In this document: piece after piece, positions 1 to 8,882 of the stretch
Layout: every line of letters begins with the position of its first letter
Numbering within the stretch: position 1 is the stretch's first letter
NCBI GenBank assembly: GCA_964554455.1
Contig: CAZKOW010000001.1
Location: forward strand, 132,951 to 196,950
Direction: 5' to 3'
DNA length: 64,000 bases
From: an uncultured Sphingopyxis sp.
GTDB lineage: Bacteria; Pseudomonadota; Alphaproteobacteria; Sphingomonadales; Sphingomonadaceae
The notes under the pieces: generated by a model
The model's database searches: none
Seen by the model: the letters and a program-made list of their open reading frames with translations, nothing else
What the model was told of the DNA's origin: nothing
Program-made: the position numbers and the translations under genes

Positions 1-12
1 GGTGCCGCCTTT

Positions 13-357
13 GTGCGCATATTGGGGTATTTTCGCGAGGATGGCACCAAATCGGTGCTCGCCATCGAAGCGGCGATGCGCGACGCGGATTCGCGTGGGC
101 TGGTCATGCCCGCGCACACGTTGAAGGGTGAGGCGCGGCAATTTGGCGCCGAAAAGCTGGCGAGCCTGGCCGAGGAAATCGAGAATTTTGCCCGGCGCTG
201 CGTCGAGATGCGCGTCACGCCAGAGGAATATCTGCCCAAGGTGGTGGGTCTGCGCCCGCTGTTCAACGCGACGCTTGAGGCGCTGGAGCGCGAATCCAAC
301 CCGCTGGTCCAGCGCCGCGCCGGGGGCTTTGGCCGCGCCGGAGGCTTTGCCTCCTGA
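13..357 (+). CDS. Hpt (histidine phosphotransfer) domain protein
   Basis: 114 aa. The motif 'AHTLKGEARQFGA' is the phospho-accepting His context of Hpt four-helix bundles. GTG start at 13; the frame stays open to base 1, so the 5' end may lie outside the window. Confidence 0.75.
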   Translation: MRILGYFREDGTKSVLAIEAAMRDADSRGLVMPAHTLKGEARQFGAEKLASLAEEIENFARRCVEMRVTPEEYLPKVVGLRPLFNATLEALERESNPLVQRRAGGFGRAGGFAS

Positions 358-375
358 CGCGAACTGCCGCGCGGA

Positions 376-858
376 TTATTCCGAATCCGCGCTGCCCGAA
401 TTGAGCTGGATGTAATTGGCAATGCCCATCCGCTCGATGAGGTCGAACTGCTTTTCCAGCATGTCGACATGCTCCTCTTCGCTCGCCAATATGGCGGCGA
501 ACAGGTCGCGGCTGACATAGTCATGCACCTTTTCGCAGTGCGCAATCGCGGCTTTCAGCTGCGGCAACGCATCATGCTCCAGATCCAGGTCGGCCTTCAA
601 AATCTCTTCGACCGTCTCGCCAATGCGCAGGCGGCCCAGCATCTGGAAATTGGGCAGGCCGCCCAGGAACAGCACGCGTTCGGCCAGCTTGTCGGCATGC
701 TTCATTTCGTCAATCGATTCGTGCCGCTCAAGCGCCGCCAATTTGGACACGCCCCAATTGTCGAGCAGCCGGTAATGCAACCAATATTGGTTGACCGCCG
801 TCAGCTCATTCTTGAGCGCTTCGTTCAGAAAATCGATAACCTTGGGGTCGCCCTTCAT
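376..858 (-). CDS. bfr: bacterioferritin
   Basis: 160 aa. N-terminus 'MKGDPKVIDFLNEALKNELTAVNQYWLHYRL' and ferroxidase-centre E/H pattern are typical of Bfr. Confidence 0.93.
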   Translation of the reverse strand: MKGDPKVIDFLNEALKNELTAVNQYWLHYRLLDNWGVSKLAALERHESIDEMKHADKLAERVLFLGGLPNFQMLGRLRIGETVEEILKADLDLEHDALPQLKAAIAHCEKVHDYVSRDLFAAILASEEEHVDMLEKQFDLIERMGIANYIQLNSGSADSE

Positions 859-969
859 CGCACATCATCCTGCTGGTGTGGGGTGGTAATGGCGACGGCC
901 TATAGCGCCATCCGGCCCTTCCGAACAGTCAGAAAATGGCGGAAAATCAGGGTTTTTGCGCTATTGCGA

Positions 970-1143
970 CTAGCAAGCAGTCGCGCGCTCGCGGCCGATA
1001 ATGTCTCGCGCAAACGGCACGCACTGGCCGCATTTCACCTGGCACCCCAGGTCGCGATAGGCGCGCGCCGGGCTGCGCGCACCCTTTTGCGCGGCCTCGC
1101 GCACCTGGCGTTCCTTGATGGCATTGCAGACGCAAACGATCAC
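970..1143 (-). CDS. bfd: bacterioferritin-associated ferredoxin (2Fe-2S)
   Basis: 57 aa from GTG at 1143: 'VIVCVCNAIKERQV...GCQVKCGQCVPFARDII' carries the C-x-C...C-x2-C Bfd motif. It lies directly upstream of bfr. The longer track ORF (to 1389) is a GC-rich extension. Confidence 0.85.
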   Translation of the reverse strand: MIVCVCNAIKERQVREAAQKGARSPARAYRDLGCQVKCGQCVPFARDIIGRERATAC

Positions 1144-1155
1144 GGGCGAACCTCT

Positions 1156-1175
1156 CAATTGAGAATCATTCGCTA
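1156..1175 (-). promoter_or_regulatory. Fur-box-like site upstream of bfd
   Basis: 'caaTTGAGAATCATTCgcta' partly matches the GATAATGATAATCATTATC consensus and lies 13-30 nt upstream of the bfd start. Position is as expected for an iron-regulated bfd. Confidence 0.35.
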
Positions 1176-1207
1176 GCGTATCTGCGAATGCCTCGCAATA
1201 GAAAAGT

Positions 1208-2449
1208 TCAGCGCGTCCAGGCCTGGCGTTCGCCGCGCGCCAGGCTGCGCCACAGCCATTCGAGCGGGCCATAAGGATGGCGGGCCAGCCACGGCTGCGA
1301 CCAGAGCAGCATCGCCGCCCACATGCCAAAGCAGAAGAGATAGAGGCCAGGGCGGCCCACATGCCCAAACAGGCCCAGGCCATAGCCATAGAAAATCAGC
1401 GTCATGACGATGGAAGTGACCAGATAGTTGGTGAAGGCCATTTGCCCGGTGGCGGCCAGCCGCGCGACCATGGCGGGGCTCGCCACCGTTTGAATGACCA
1501 GCATGATGAGCGCCGCCCAGCCGATGGTCATCACCATGTCGAACGGGGCCGACAGCGCCAGGCTGGCCCCAAAGACCGCCGCCACCGAAAAGCCGGAGAC
1601 CAGCTGATACCAGACCAGGCCGACCAGCGGCGGCACCGCGATCAGGAAACAGCGCACCGCCCATTTGCGATAGCGCGCCGCATCCCATTCACCCGTCAGC
1701 ATCCGCGCCTTGAACAGCGCCATGCCGATCAGCATCAGCGTCATGGTTTCCCAGCTGAACTGCAAAATCTGAACCAGGGGCATGTCAACCAAATGGCCAA
1801 AGCGTTCGCCATAAATGGCCGCCGCATCGCCGCGGTAAATGGCCAGCTCCTCGCCAAAGCGGCCGTTGGACGGCCCCATCTCGCGCGACAGCGCGGTCAT
1901 CGCTTCGGCCAGCCCGGCCTGCGCGTCGGGGGGCAGGCGGCCCGCTTCATACAAAGCGAACATCGCCCATCCCGACAAGAGATACAGCTGTGACACCAGG
2001 AAAAAGCCGCCCGCCCACCACAGCAGCGCGCGGATCGACAGGTTGCGGAAGAAGAAGAGGAGCAGGCCGCACACCGCATAGAGCGTCAATATGTCGCCGG
2101 GCCAGATGAGGTAGAAGTGGATGAGGCCAAAGCCGAACAGCCACACCATGCGCGCATAATGGCTTTTGGCGGCGCTGCGCCCGCCCGCCGCCGCACGCTC
2201 CATGACCAAAAGGGTGCTGGCCCCGAACAGCATCGAAAACAGGCCGCGCATCTTGCTGTCGATCAGCACGAAGTTGAACGCCCAGGTGATGAGGTCGGGC
2301 GCGGACGGCGGTCCGCCCGCAGCCGGATTGAAATAGGCGCTGAGCGGCAGGGCAAAGGCGGCGATGTTCATCGCCAAAATCCCCATCACCGCCACCCCGC
2401 GAATCGCGTCCAGGCTGGTATAACGCTGCGCCGCGCTCACTCCGCTCAT
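1208..2449 (-). CDS. DUF418/YeiB-like multi-pass membrane protein
   Basis: 413 aa. 'RYTSLDAIRGVAVMGILAMNIAAFALP' N-terminus and about 9-10 hydrophobic helices are typical of the DUF418 family. Confidence 0.7.
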   Translation of the reverse strand: MSGVSAAQRYTSLDAIRGVAVMGILAMNIAAFALPLSAYFNPAAGGPPSAPDLITWAFNFVLIDSKMRGLFSMLFGASTLLVMERAAAGGRSAAKSHYARMVWLFGFGLIHFYLIWPGDILTLYAVCGLLLFFFRNLSIRALLWWAGGFFLVSQLYLLSGWAMFALYEAGRLPPDAQAGLAEAMTALSREMGPSNGRFGEELAIYRGDAAAIYGERFGHLVDMPLVQILQFSWETMTLMLIGMALFKARMLTGEWDAARYRKWAVRCFLIAVPPLVGLVWYQLVSGFSVAAVFGASLALSAPFDMVMTIGWAALIMLVIQTVASPAMVARLAATGQMAFTNYLVTSIVMTLIFYGYGLGLFGHVGRPGLYLFCFGMWAAMLLWSQPWLARHPYGPLEWLWRSLARGERQAWTR

Positions 2450-2479
2450 GTCACCCCCACATGCTGTATTATCCGGGCA

Positions 2480-3166
2480 TTACAGCCACGAAGATATCTG
2501 GTCGAGCGCTTTCTTGCGCTGCGCCTGCACCGGCACGGTGGCATCGGCGGCGGGATGGCCGACGACGATGATCATCACCGGCTTTTCATCGGCGTCCCGC
2601 CCGCACAGCTTGCGCAGAAAGCCCATGGGCGACGGGGTGTGCGTCAGCGTCGCCAGCCCCGCCTGGTGCAGTGCGGCCAGCAACAGGCCGCAAGCGATGC
2701 CGACACTTTCGGTCACATAATAATTTTGGCGCTTCTCGCCCGGGGCAATGCCGCCGCGCCGCTGACCAAAGACGACGATCAGCCAGGGGGCCGATTCCAG
2801 AAACGCCTTGTCGGGGTCGGTGCCCAGCGGGGCGAGCGCCGCCAGCCATTCCGCGCTCGCGCGCTCGGCATAAAAGGCGCGCTCCTCGGCCTCTGCGGCC
2901 ATCCGCACGGCCCGCTTTGCCGCGTCCGACCCGATGACGGCAAAATGCCATGGCTGGTGATTGGCACCGTTGGGCGCGGTCCCGGCGACACGGATGGCGG
3001 CTTCGATAATGGCCCGAGGGACCGGCGTCGTCGCAAAGGCGCGGACGCTGCGGCGGCTTTGCATGGCCGTCAGAAAGCCCTCGGCAGCGGCAATCCGCTG
3101 CGAATCGGTGAGCGCGGGCAGTGGCGGTAGCGGAACGGCGGGATGATCGGACATGACGGGGTTCAT
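2480..3166 (-). CDS. nitroreductase-family flavoprotein
   Basis: 'RRSVRAFATTPVPRAIIEAAIRVAGTAPNGANHQPWHFAVI' is the nitroreductase signature. ATG at 3166 (or 3154) is preferred over the track start at 3271. Confidence 0.8.
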   Translation of the reverse strand: MNPVMSDHPAVPLPPLPALTDSQRIAAAEGFLTAMQSRRSVRAFATTPVPRAIIEAAIRVAGTAPNGANHQPWHFAVIGSDAAKRAVRMAAEAEERAFYAERASAEWLAALAPLGTDPDKAFLESAPWLIVVFGQRRGGIAPGEKRQNYYVTESVGIACGLLLAALHQAGLATLTHTPSPMGFLRKLCGRDADEKPVMIIVVGHPAADATVPVQAQRKKALDQISSWL

Positions 3167-3255
3167 AAGGGGTGCCGCCCCCTCTTGCCAAGGCGGCGGA
3201 AAGAGCTTATTAACACCAGTGTTGATAAGCCTGCATCCATCAGCCGAATCAGGAC

Positions 3256-4074
3256 ATGACAATGACCGCAACCGCTCTCTCCGTCGCCCTCCCTCCTGCG
3301 CTCCCCTTGACCCATCCTGACAGGGTGGATGAAGGCTTTCGGCCGCTCAAGGCGTGGGGGCATTTTCGCAAGCTGGTGGCGGACAAGGAAGATACGGAAC
3401 AGGTTTTCCACATCATCAATGCCCTGCGCGACGGTCGCTTCGCGCGGCTGGCAGAGGCCTTTTATGCCACCGAATTTGGTGCCGCGACGCTGACCGAACC
3501 GGTCAGCCTGGTGGCGCTGCTCGATGATCATGATGCGCTGCGCCAATTGCCGGCGGGCACGGTGGGCCGCGCCTATCTGGCGTTCATGGAGCGCGAAGGG
3601 CTGACCGCGCAGGGGCTGGTCGACGAATATGACCGGTTCCGCCGCCACCAGCCGCGCTATGACGATTTGCTCGAACGCTATTCCAACCGGCTGCGTGACA
3701 CGCACGACCTGTGCCATGTGCTGACCGGCTATGGCCGCGACGCGCTGGGCGAAACCAGCGTGCTGGCCTTTTCCGCCTGTCACACGCCCAATTGGGGCAC
3801 GCAGTTCATCGCCTGGGCCGGGGCCCTGCAAATTCGCAAGCAAGTGCCGCGCGCGGCCAACATCCTGGGCTGCATCCGCGAGGCGCGGCGCATCGGCAAG
3901 GCCGCCGCCAATATCGCGCATCAGGACATTGCCGCGCTGCTGCGCGAGCCGCTCGCCGATGCGCGCAAGCGGCTGGGGATTGGCAAGCCGGTCACCTATC
4001 TGCGCGCGCATGAGGTGATGCGCGCCCATGGCCTGGAACCCGCCCAGACCGCGTTGAGCACCCAGGCGGCCTGA
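3256..4074 (+). CDS. Coq4-family protein (ubiquinone biosynthesis-like)
   Basis: 272 aa. 'DTHDLCHVLTGYGRDALGE' gives an exact HDxxH-x11-E metal-binding motif of COQ4. Confidence 0.7.
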   Translation: MTMTATALSVALPPALPLTHPDRVDEGFRPLKAWGHFRKLVADKEDTEQVFHIINALRDGRFARLAEAFYATEFGAATLTEPVSLVALLDDHDALRQLPAGTVGRAYLAFMEREGLTAQGLVDEYDRFRRHQPRYDDLLERYSNRLRDTHDLCHVLTGYGRDALGETSVLAFSACHTPNWGTQFIAWAGALQIRKQVPRAANILGCIREARRIGKAAANIAHQDIAALLREPLADARKRLGIGKPVTYLRAHEVMRAHGLEPAQTALSTQAA

Positions 4075-4169
4075 CGCGAGCGGCCTGCGGGCCACGCACT
4101 GTCGCCGCCAGCCGCTGGCGCGCCGTCAACGCGCTTGGCTAAGCGGCCCGGGTCTGGTCTAAGGCTGCG

Positions 4170-5948
4170 ATGACCGAAACCCAATATGGTGGCCATGCCG
4201 CCGCCGCGCTGGTGCTGGCGGCAGCGGTCTTTTATGCCTTTGCCACCGAACGGGCGCGCAGCGAGATCATCTCGCTGCTGACCATCAGCGCGATTGCGCT
4301 GGGCCTTTATCTCTTTCCCCTGCCAGGCGCGAATGCCAAGGATGGGCTAGCCATCGCCTTTCAGGGCTTTGGCCATCCTGCGCTCATCACCATTTGCGCG
4401 CTGATGGTCATGGGGCGCGGGATCGCGGTCAGCGGCGCGCTGGAACCCGTGGCGCGGCTGCTGCGCCGGGTGTGGCTGGTCAATCATCATCTGGGCCTGC
4501 TGGTCACCATCATGCTGGCCTTTGGCATGAGCATGTTTGTCAATGACACGCCGGTGCTGGTCCTGCTGCTGCCCGTGCTGTTGCAACTGGGCGCACAAGG
4601 CGCAATGCCTCCATCCAAGACGCTGATCCCCGTCAACGCCGCAGTGCTGATCGGCGGGATGGCGACGACCATCGGCACCTCCACCAACTTGCTGGTCGTG
4701 TCGATTGCGCAGGATCTGGGCATGCGCCCGCTCGGCATATTTGAATTTGCGCCGTTGGTGATGACGGCGGCGCTGATCGCGCTGCCCTATGTCTGGCTGG
4801 TGATGCCGCGCCTGCTCGGCGACAATAGTGTGGAGGCGGTGGCGGGGGGCAATTATTTCGCCGCCGTGCTGCGGCTGCGCGCTGGCTCGCCCGCATTGGG
4901 TCAGACGCTGGCCGAGCTTGCGGCCAAATTGCCCGCCACGCTGTCGCTCCGGCCCCATGGTCAGGCGCTCGCCGCCGATGACCGGCTGCTGGCCCATGGC
5001 AGCTCGGCTGACCTGCGGGAAGCGGCGCGGTTGCTCGGCGCATCGCTCGCCCCGCACTGGCTCACTGACCGGATCGAGGCAGAGGCGCGCGCTGCGGAAC
5101 AGGACATATTGCTCGCCGAACTGGCGGTGACCGCCGATTCGCGGCTGATTGGCCTGACGCTGCGGACGGCGGGCTTTGGCGATGTCGCGGTGGTCGGCGT
5201 CAATCCGGGGCGCGCCGCAGTGGCCGGCCATGATCCGTCGCAGGCGGTCTTTGCCGAAGGCGACATGCTGTTGATGCTGGGCACCGAAGCCGCGATCCAG
5301 CGCCGCGCCGCCGATGACGGGCTGTTGCTGCTGGCCGGGGTGGAAGAATTGCCGCGCCGGTCAAAGGCCGCGCTGTCGCTGGCCATCATGGGCATAGCGG
5401 TCGGATCGGCGACGTTGGGGCTGGTTCCCATCGCCATTTCGGCGCTGGCCGGGGCGATTGCCATGTTTGCCACGGGCTGCGTCAAATTCGACCGGGTGGG
5501 CCGGGCCTTGTCGGCGCAGGTCATCGTGCTCATCGCGGCCAGCATCGCACTGGGCGACCTGATCCTGATCAGCGGCGCGGCGGGCGGGTTGGCCAGCGGC
5601 CTGGCGCTTGGCCTGCAATTCCTGCCGCCCTTTGCAGTGGTGGCGGCGATCATGCTGTTCGTGACGGTGCTCACCAATTTCGCATCCAACGCAACGGCGG
5701 CGGCGGTGGGCACGCCCATCGCCTTTGTGCTGGCCCAGCAATTGGGGGTGCCGCCCGAACCGCTTGTGCTGGCCGTGCTGTTCGGGTGCAACCTATGCTA
5801 TGCCACGCCGATAGCCTACCAGACCAACATGCTGATCATGAAAGAGGGCGGCTATGGCTTTGCCGATTATGTGCGCACCGGCCTGCCGCTGGTTGGCATC
5901 ATGATCGTGACATTGTCGACGCTGCTCAGCTGGCATTACGGGCTTTAA
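4170..5948 (+). CDS. SLC13/DASS-type anion permease with central TrkA-C domains
   Basis: 592 aa. Two hydrophobic halves flank a soluble ~200-aa region ('LRLRAGSPALGQTLAEL...', 'LAELAVTADSRLIGLTL') resembling a TrkA_C pair. Confidence 0.75.
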   Translation: MTETQYGGHAAAALVLAAAVFYAFATERARSEIISLLTISAIALGLYLFPLPGANAKDGLAIAFQGFGHPALITICALMVMGRGIAVSGALEPVARLLRRVWLVNHHLGLLVTIMLAFGMSMFVNDTPVLVLLLPVLLQLGAQGAMPPSKTLIPVNAAVLIGGMATTIGTSTNLLVVSIAQDLGMRPLGIFEFAPLVMTAALIALPYVWLVMPRLLGDNSVEAVAGGNYFAAVLRLRAGSPALGQTLAELAAKLPATLSLRPHGQALAADDRLLAHGSSADLREAARLLGASLAPHWLTDRIEAEARAAEQDILLAELAVTADSRLIGLTLRTAGFGDVAVVGVNPGRAAVAGHDPSQAVFAEGDMLLMLGTEAAIQRRAADDGLLLLAGVEELPRRSKAALSLAIMGIAVGSATLGLVPIAISALAGAIAMFATGCVKFDRVGRALSAQVIVLIAASIALGDLILISGAAGGLASGLALGLQFLPPFAVVAAIMLFVTVLTNFASNATAAAVGTPIAFVLAQQLGVPPEPLVLAVLFGCNLCYATPIAYQTNMLIMKEGGYGFADYVRTGLPLVGIMIVTLSTLLSWHYGL

Positions 5949-6196
5949 CGATCGCCGGTGTTGCCGCGATCGCCGGTGTTGCCGCGATCCCCGGTATTGC
6001 CGCGATCGCCGGTATTGCCGCGCGCATCGTCGTCTGCTGCTTCGCCAGCGTCCTCGGCGTCGCCAGCGGCGTCGTCGGCCTCAGGCGCTTCGTCGGCGAC
6101 ATCAATAACTTCGGTGTCAGCCTCTTTGCTCTCTCCGCACGCCGCGAGCGGCAGCATCAACAGCGCGAGCGCGGCGGTGGTCAGTGATTTTGACAT
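5945..6196 (-). CDS. small acidic lipoprotein with C-terminal (GNTGDR)n repeats
   Basis: 83 aa. Lipobox 'LPLAAC', a D/E/A-rich middle and four to five GNTGDR hexapeptides at the C-terminus. Its stop codon shares the TTAA at 5945-5948 with the convergent permease stop. Confidence 0.65.
   Translation of the reverse strand: MSKSLTTAALALLMLPLAACGESKEADTEVIDVADEAPEADDAAGDAEDAGEAADDDARGNTGDRGNTGDRGNTGDRGNTGDR
5949..6020. repeat. 18-bp tandem repeat x4 (cgatcgccggtgttgccg)
   Basis: Four head-to-tail copies at 5949, 5967, 5985 and 6003 with 1-2 substitutions. They encode the GNTGDR repeats on the minus strand. Confidence 0.95.
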
Positions 6197-6223
6197 GGTC
6201 TTCTCCCCTTGCGAATGAACAGA

Positions 6224-8239
6224 CTATAGGAAACCGAGCCGCTGTTGAAGCGCGGTAAAGCGCGGGGCCGAGCGCACCGGATCGAGCAGCGGGTCGTTGC
6301 GAAGCTGCACCAGCCCCGAATCGCCCGCCGCCAGCGCGGCTTCCAGCGCGGTCAGCGCGGCGTCGCCCTCACCCCATTGCGCGCGAACCTGGGCCTGCTG
6401 ATAGAGGCTGTTATCGCCGTATTTCGCGATCATCTGCTGCAACCCAGCCTGAGCCGCTTCGGCCTGCCCCAGCCGGGCATCGGCGATGGCCAGGCCGCGC
6501 AGCTGGGTCAGCCGGTTGGGCTCGCGGGCATAGCGGGCCCGCGCGCCCGCTGCGTCCCCGCCGAGCAGCGCGATATCGCCCAAAATGGCGTGCACCCCGC
6601 TGACCTTTGGATTGAGCGACAGCGCCGCACCCAGCGGCGCCGCAGCCGCGTGATAGTCGCGCGCGACATATTCGATGACGCCTGCGTTGCGAAACACGCT
6701 GGGGTTCAGGGGGTCGAGCCGCTGCGCCCGGGCGATAGCGGCGCGGGCATCGGCAAAGCGGCCCGTGCGCGCGGCAAAATTGGCAAAGGCGGCCAATATG
6801 TCGGCATTGCCAAAGCCCAGCGTGAAGCTCTGCTGATAGGGGGCAGCCGCCGCGCGCGCGTCCAGCCGCCCGTTGAACAGCGCAAAGCCCAACGCGCCAT
6901 GCCCTTCCGCCAGCGTCGGGGCCAGGCGGACGGCTTGCTGCGCCGCATCGACCGCGCGGGCATAAAGCGATTTGAGCTGATCGCCCTTGGCATAATTGTT
7001 GGCGATGACGGTCAGCGCGCGGGCGCGTTCGGCATGGGCGGCGGCATAAGCGGGATCGCGGGCAATCGCTTCGTCAAAAGCGGCCAGCGCGGCGCGGTCC
7101 GACGCTTCGTCGGCGGCCAGCCGATAGAGGGCGCGGCCACGGGCATAGGCGTCAAAGGCGCGCGGATCGCGCGTGCCGCCGACGCGCGGTGCGTTGCGAT
7201 CGCCGCTGCCCGCCAGCTTGGCCGCCAGCGCATCGGCGACCAGCGTCGCAATCTCGCTCTGCACTGCCAGCGCGTCGGCGGCGGTGCGGTCAAAGCTTTG
7301 CGCCCATTTTTCCACCCCGCTCGTCCCGTCGATCAGGCGCGCGGCGATGCGCAGCTGGTCGGCATCGCGCCGCACACTGCCATCGAGCAGAAATGCCACG
7401 TCCAGCTTGGCGGCGATGGCGCGCGGGTCTAGTTCAGCAAACTGTTTTTCGCTCGACGAGGTTTGCGCGGCGACGGCGAGCTGCGCGCTGGAGCTCAGGG
7501 TCGTGCGCACCTCTTCGGCCAGCCCTTCGGAAAAATAATCCTGCGCCGCGTCGCCGCTCAAATTGGCAAAGGGGAGGACCGCGATGCTGTTCGCAGCGGT
7601 GGCATCGGCGAACAGCCCGGCGCGCCAGGCCAGCAGGCCGCCGCCCGCTGCCAGCACCGCCGCACCGCCGCCGAGGATCAGGCCGCGCCGCGACGGGCGC
7701 GGGGCAGGCGGAGGTGAACGGCGTGATGGCAAGGATGCGGCGGTCATAGGCCGCTGTCCACCCACGGCAGCGATGGCGCGCAGCAGCTGTTGAAATGACG
7801 GCGCGGCTGCCTTGCCCTTCCATGCCGTCAGGTCGACATATTGAAACTGGCGAAAGCCGAGCGGCGGCTCGGTGCCGTCCAGAAGCACGGGCACCATCAC
7901 CCCCCGGTCACGACCGCGCGTGGCTTCATCGCGCACCCAATGCGATTGCACCGACCGCTGCGTCCACAGCACGACCACGGCGTCGGCGGTTTCCAGCGCG
8001 GCTTCGGTGGTTTGGAGAAAGGCGGTGCCACCCTCCAACAGACCGTCCCACCACACGCGCAGGCCCGCCGCCGTCAGTGCGTCGATAATGGGCAGGGCGC
8101 GGGCGCGGTCGTCGCGCGAATAGCTGACGAACACCAGCGGTGGCCCTGCGTCCCCGGCTATGTCCGCGCCCGTGCCCATGCTGCGCCGTCTGCCCCTGAT
8201 GAAATCGTGCGGGACATGACATGCTTTGCCCCGGCGCAC
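6224..8239 (-). CDS. TIR domain - single TM - TolB_N-like - TPR repeat protein
   Basis: 671 aa. TIR_2-like 'LVFVSYSRDDRARALPIIDAL...VVVLWTQRSVQSHWVRDE'. Arg/Pro-rich stretch, then the TM helix 'LILGGGAAVLAAGGGLLAW'. 'IAVLPFANLSGDAAQDYFSEGLAEE' module followed by about 400 aa of TPR-like repeats. Alternative start M21 at 8179. Confidence 0.8.
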   Translation of the reverse strand: MRRGKACHVPHDFIRGRRRSMGTGADIAGDAGPPLVFVSYSRDDRARALPIIDALTAAGLRVWWDGLLEGGTAFLQTTEAALETADAVVVLWTQRSVQSHWVRDEATRGRDRGVMVPVLLDGTEPPLGFRQFQYVDLTAWKGKAAAPSFQQLLRAIAAVGGQRPMTAASLPSRRSPPPAPRPSRRGLILGGGAAVLAAGGGLLAWRAGLFADATAANSIAVLPFANLSGDAAQDYFSEGLAEEVRTTLSSSAQLAVAAQTSSSEKQFAELDPRAIAAKLDVAFLLDGSVRRDADQLRIAARLIDGTSGVEKWAQSFDRTAADALAVQSEIATLVADALAAKLAGSGDRNAPRVGGTRDPRAFDAYARGRALYRLAADEASDRAALAAFDEAIARDPAYAAAHAERARALTVIANNYAKGDQLKSLYARAVDAAQQAVRLAPTLAEGHGALGFALFNGRLDARAAAAPYQQSFTLGFGNADILAAFANFAARTGRFADARAAIARAQRLDPLNPSVFRNAGVIEYVARDYHAAAAPLGAALSLNPKVSGVHAILGDIALLGGDAAGARARYAREPNRLTQLRGLAIADARLGQAEAAQAGLQQMIAKYGDNSLYQQAQVRAQWGEGDAALTALEAALAAGDSGLVQLRNDPLLDPVRSAPRFTALQQRLGFL

Positions 8240-8252
8240 AATCGCGCCGGCG

Positions 8253-8882
8253 TCAGCGCCCCTCGCCGCGCCGCGCCTCGCGCGACAGCGCGGCCAGCCG
8301 CCGCTGGTTCGCCGCCGGGCCGCTGAGCGCCGCCGTCAGGGTGATGGTGGTCCGGCGGCTGCGGAAATAATCCACCGCCGACCGCTGGACATAATGGTTG
8401 AGCGCGGGGGCATAGTCCCACTCCAGCCGTTCGATCAGGCGCATGGTGGTGCCCGAATAGCGGTCGCATTTCACCGGGATGGTGTCGAATGTGCCCAGCT
8501 TGATCGTCACCTTGCGCGGCTTCATCGTTTTGCAGGTCCACAGGGTCGCAGTCCGCCGCCAGCCCGCCGTTGGCTTGGCGCGCGTTTCAGCCACCACGCG
8601 AAAACGGACCGATCGGGGCTTGTCCAGCGGCCACAGCTGCGCCGGGGTCCCGCGCACGGTGCGCCGCCCGACCCCGCGTCCCGCGCGCCAGTTCAGCACG
8701 GGCACCACAAAATTGCGGTTGCGGGTATAGGTCGGCCCGGTGAGCCCGGACCAGGTGATGATATCGCCCTTTACCCGCACCACCCGCTCCACCCGCCCGT
8801 CCGAAAAGACAAAGGCGTCGCTGGCGCGGTAGCGGGGCAGGGTCGCCGTTCCCAGCGACAGGGCCAGGCTGGCCGCGATCAT
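8253..8882 (-). CDS. hypothetical secreted, strongly basic protein
   Basis: 209 aa. N-terminal hydrophobic leader 'MIAASLALSLGTATLP' and very Arg/Lys-rich; no motif recognised. Its start overlaps the S8 stop (ATGA at 8879-8882). Confidence 0.55.
   Translation of the reverse strand: MIAASLALSLGTATLPRYRASDAFVFSDGRVERVVRVKGDIITWSGLTGPTYTRNRNFVVPVLNWRAGRGVGRRTVRGTPAQLWPLDKPRSVRFRVVAETRAKPTAGWRRTATLWTCKTMKPRKVTIKLGTFDTIPVKCDRYSGTTMRLIERLEWDYAPALNHYVQRSAVDYFRSRRTTITLTAALSGPAANQRRLAALSREARRGEGR

Noticed and set aside
5949-6020. Tandem 18-bp repeats, and the periodic Sel1 DNA (51-56 kb), as possible CRISPR arrays.
   Set aside because: The repeats are contiguous without spacers, or are in-frame coding repeats. 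No cas genes are present.
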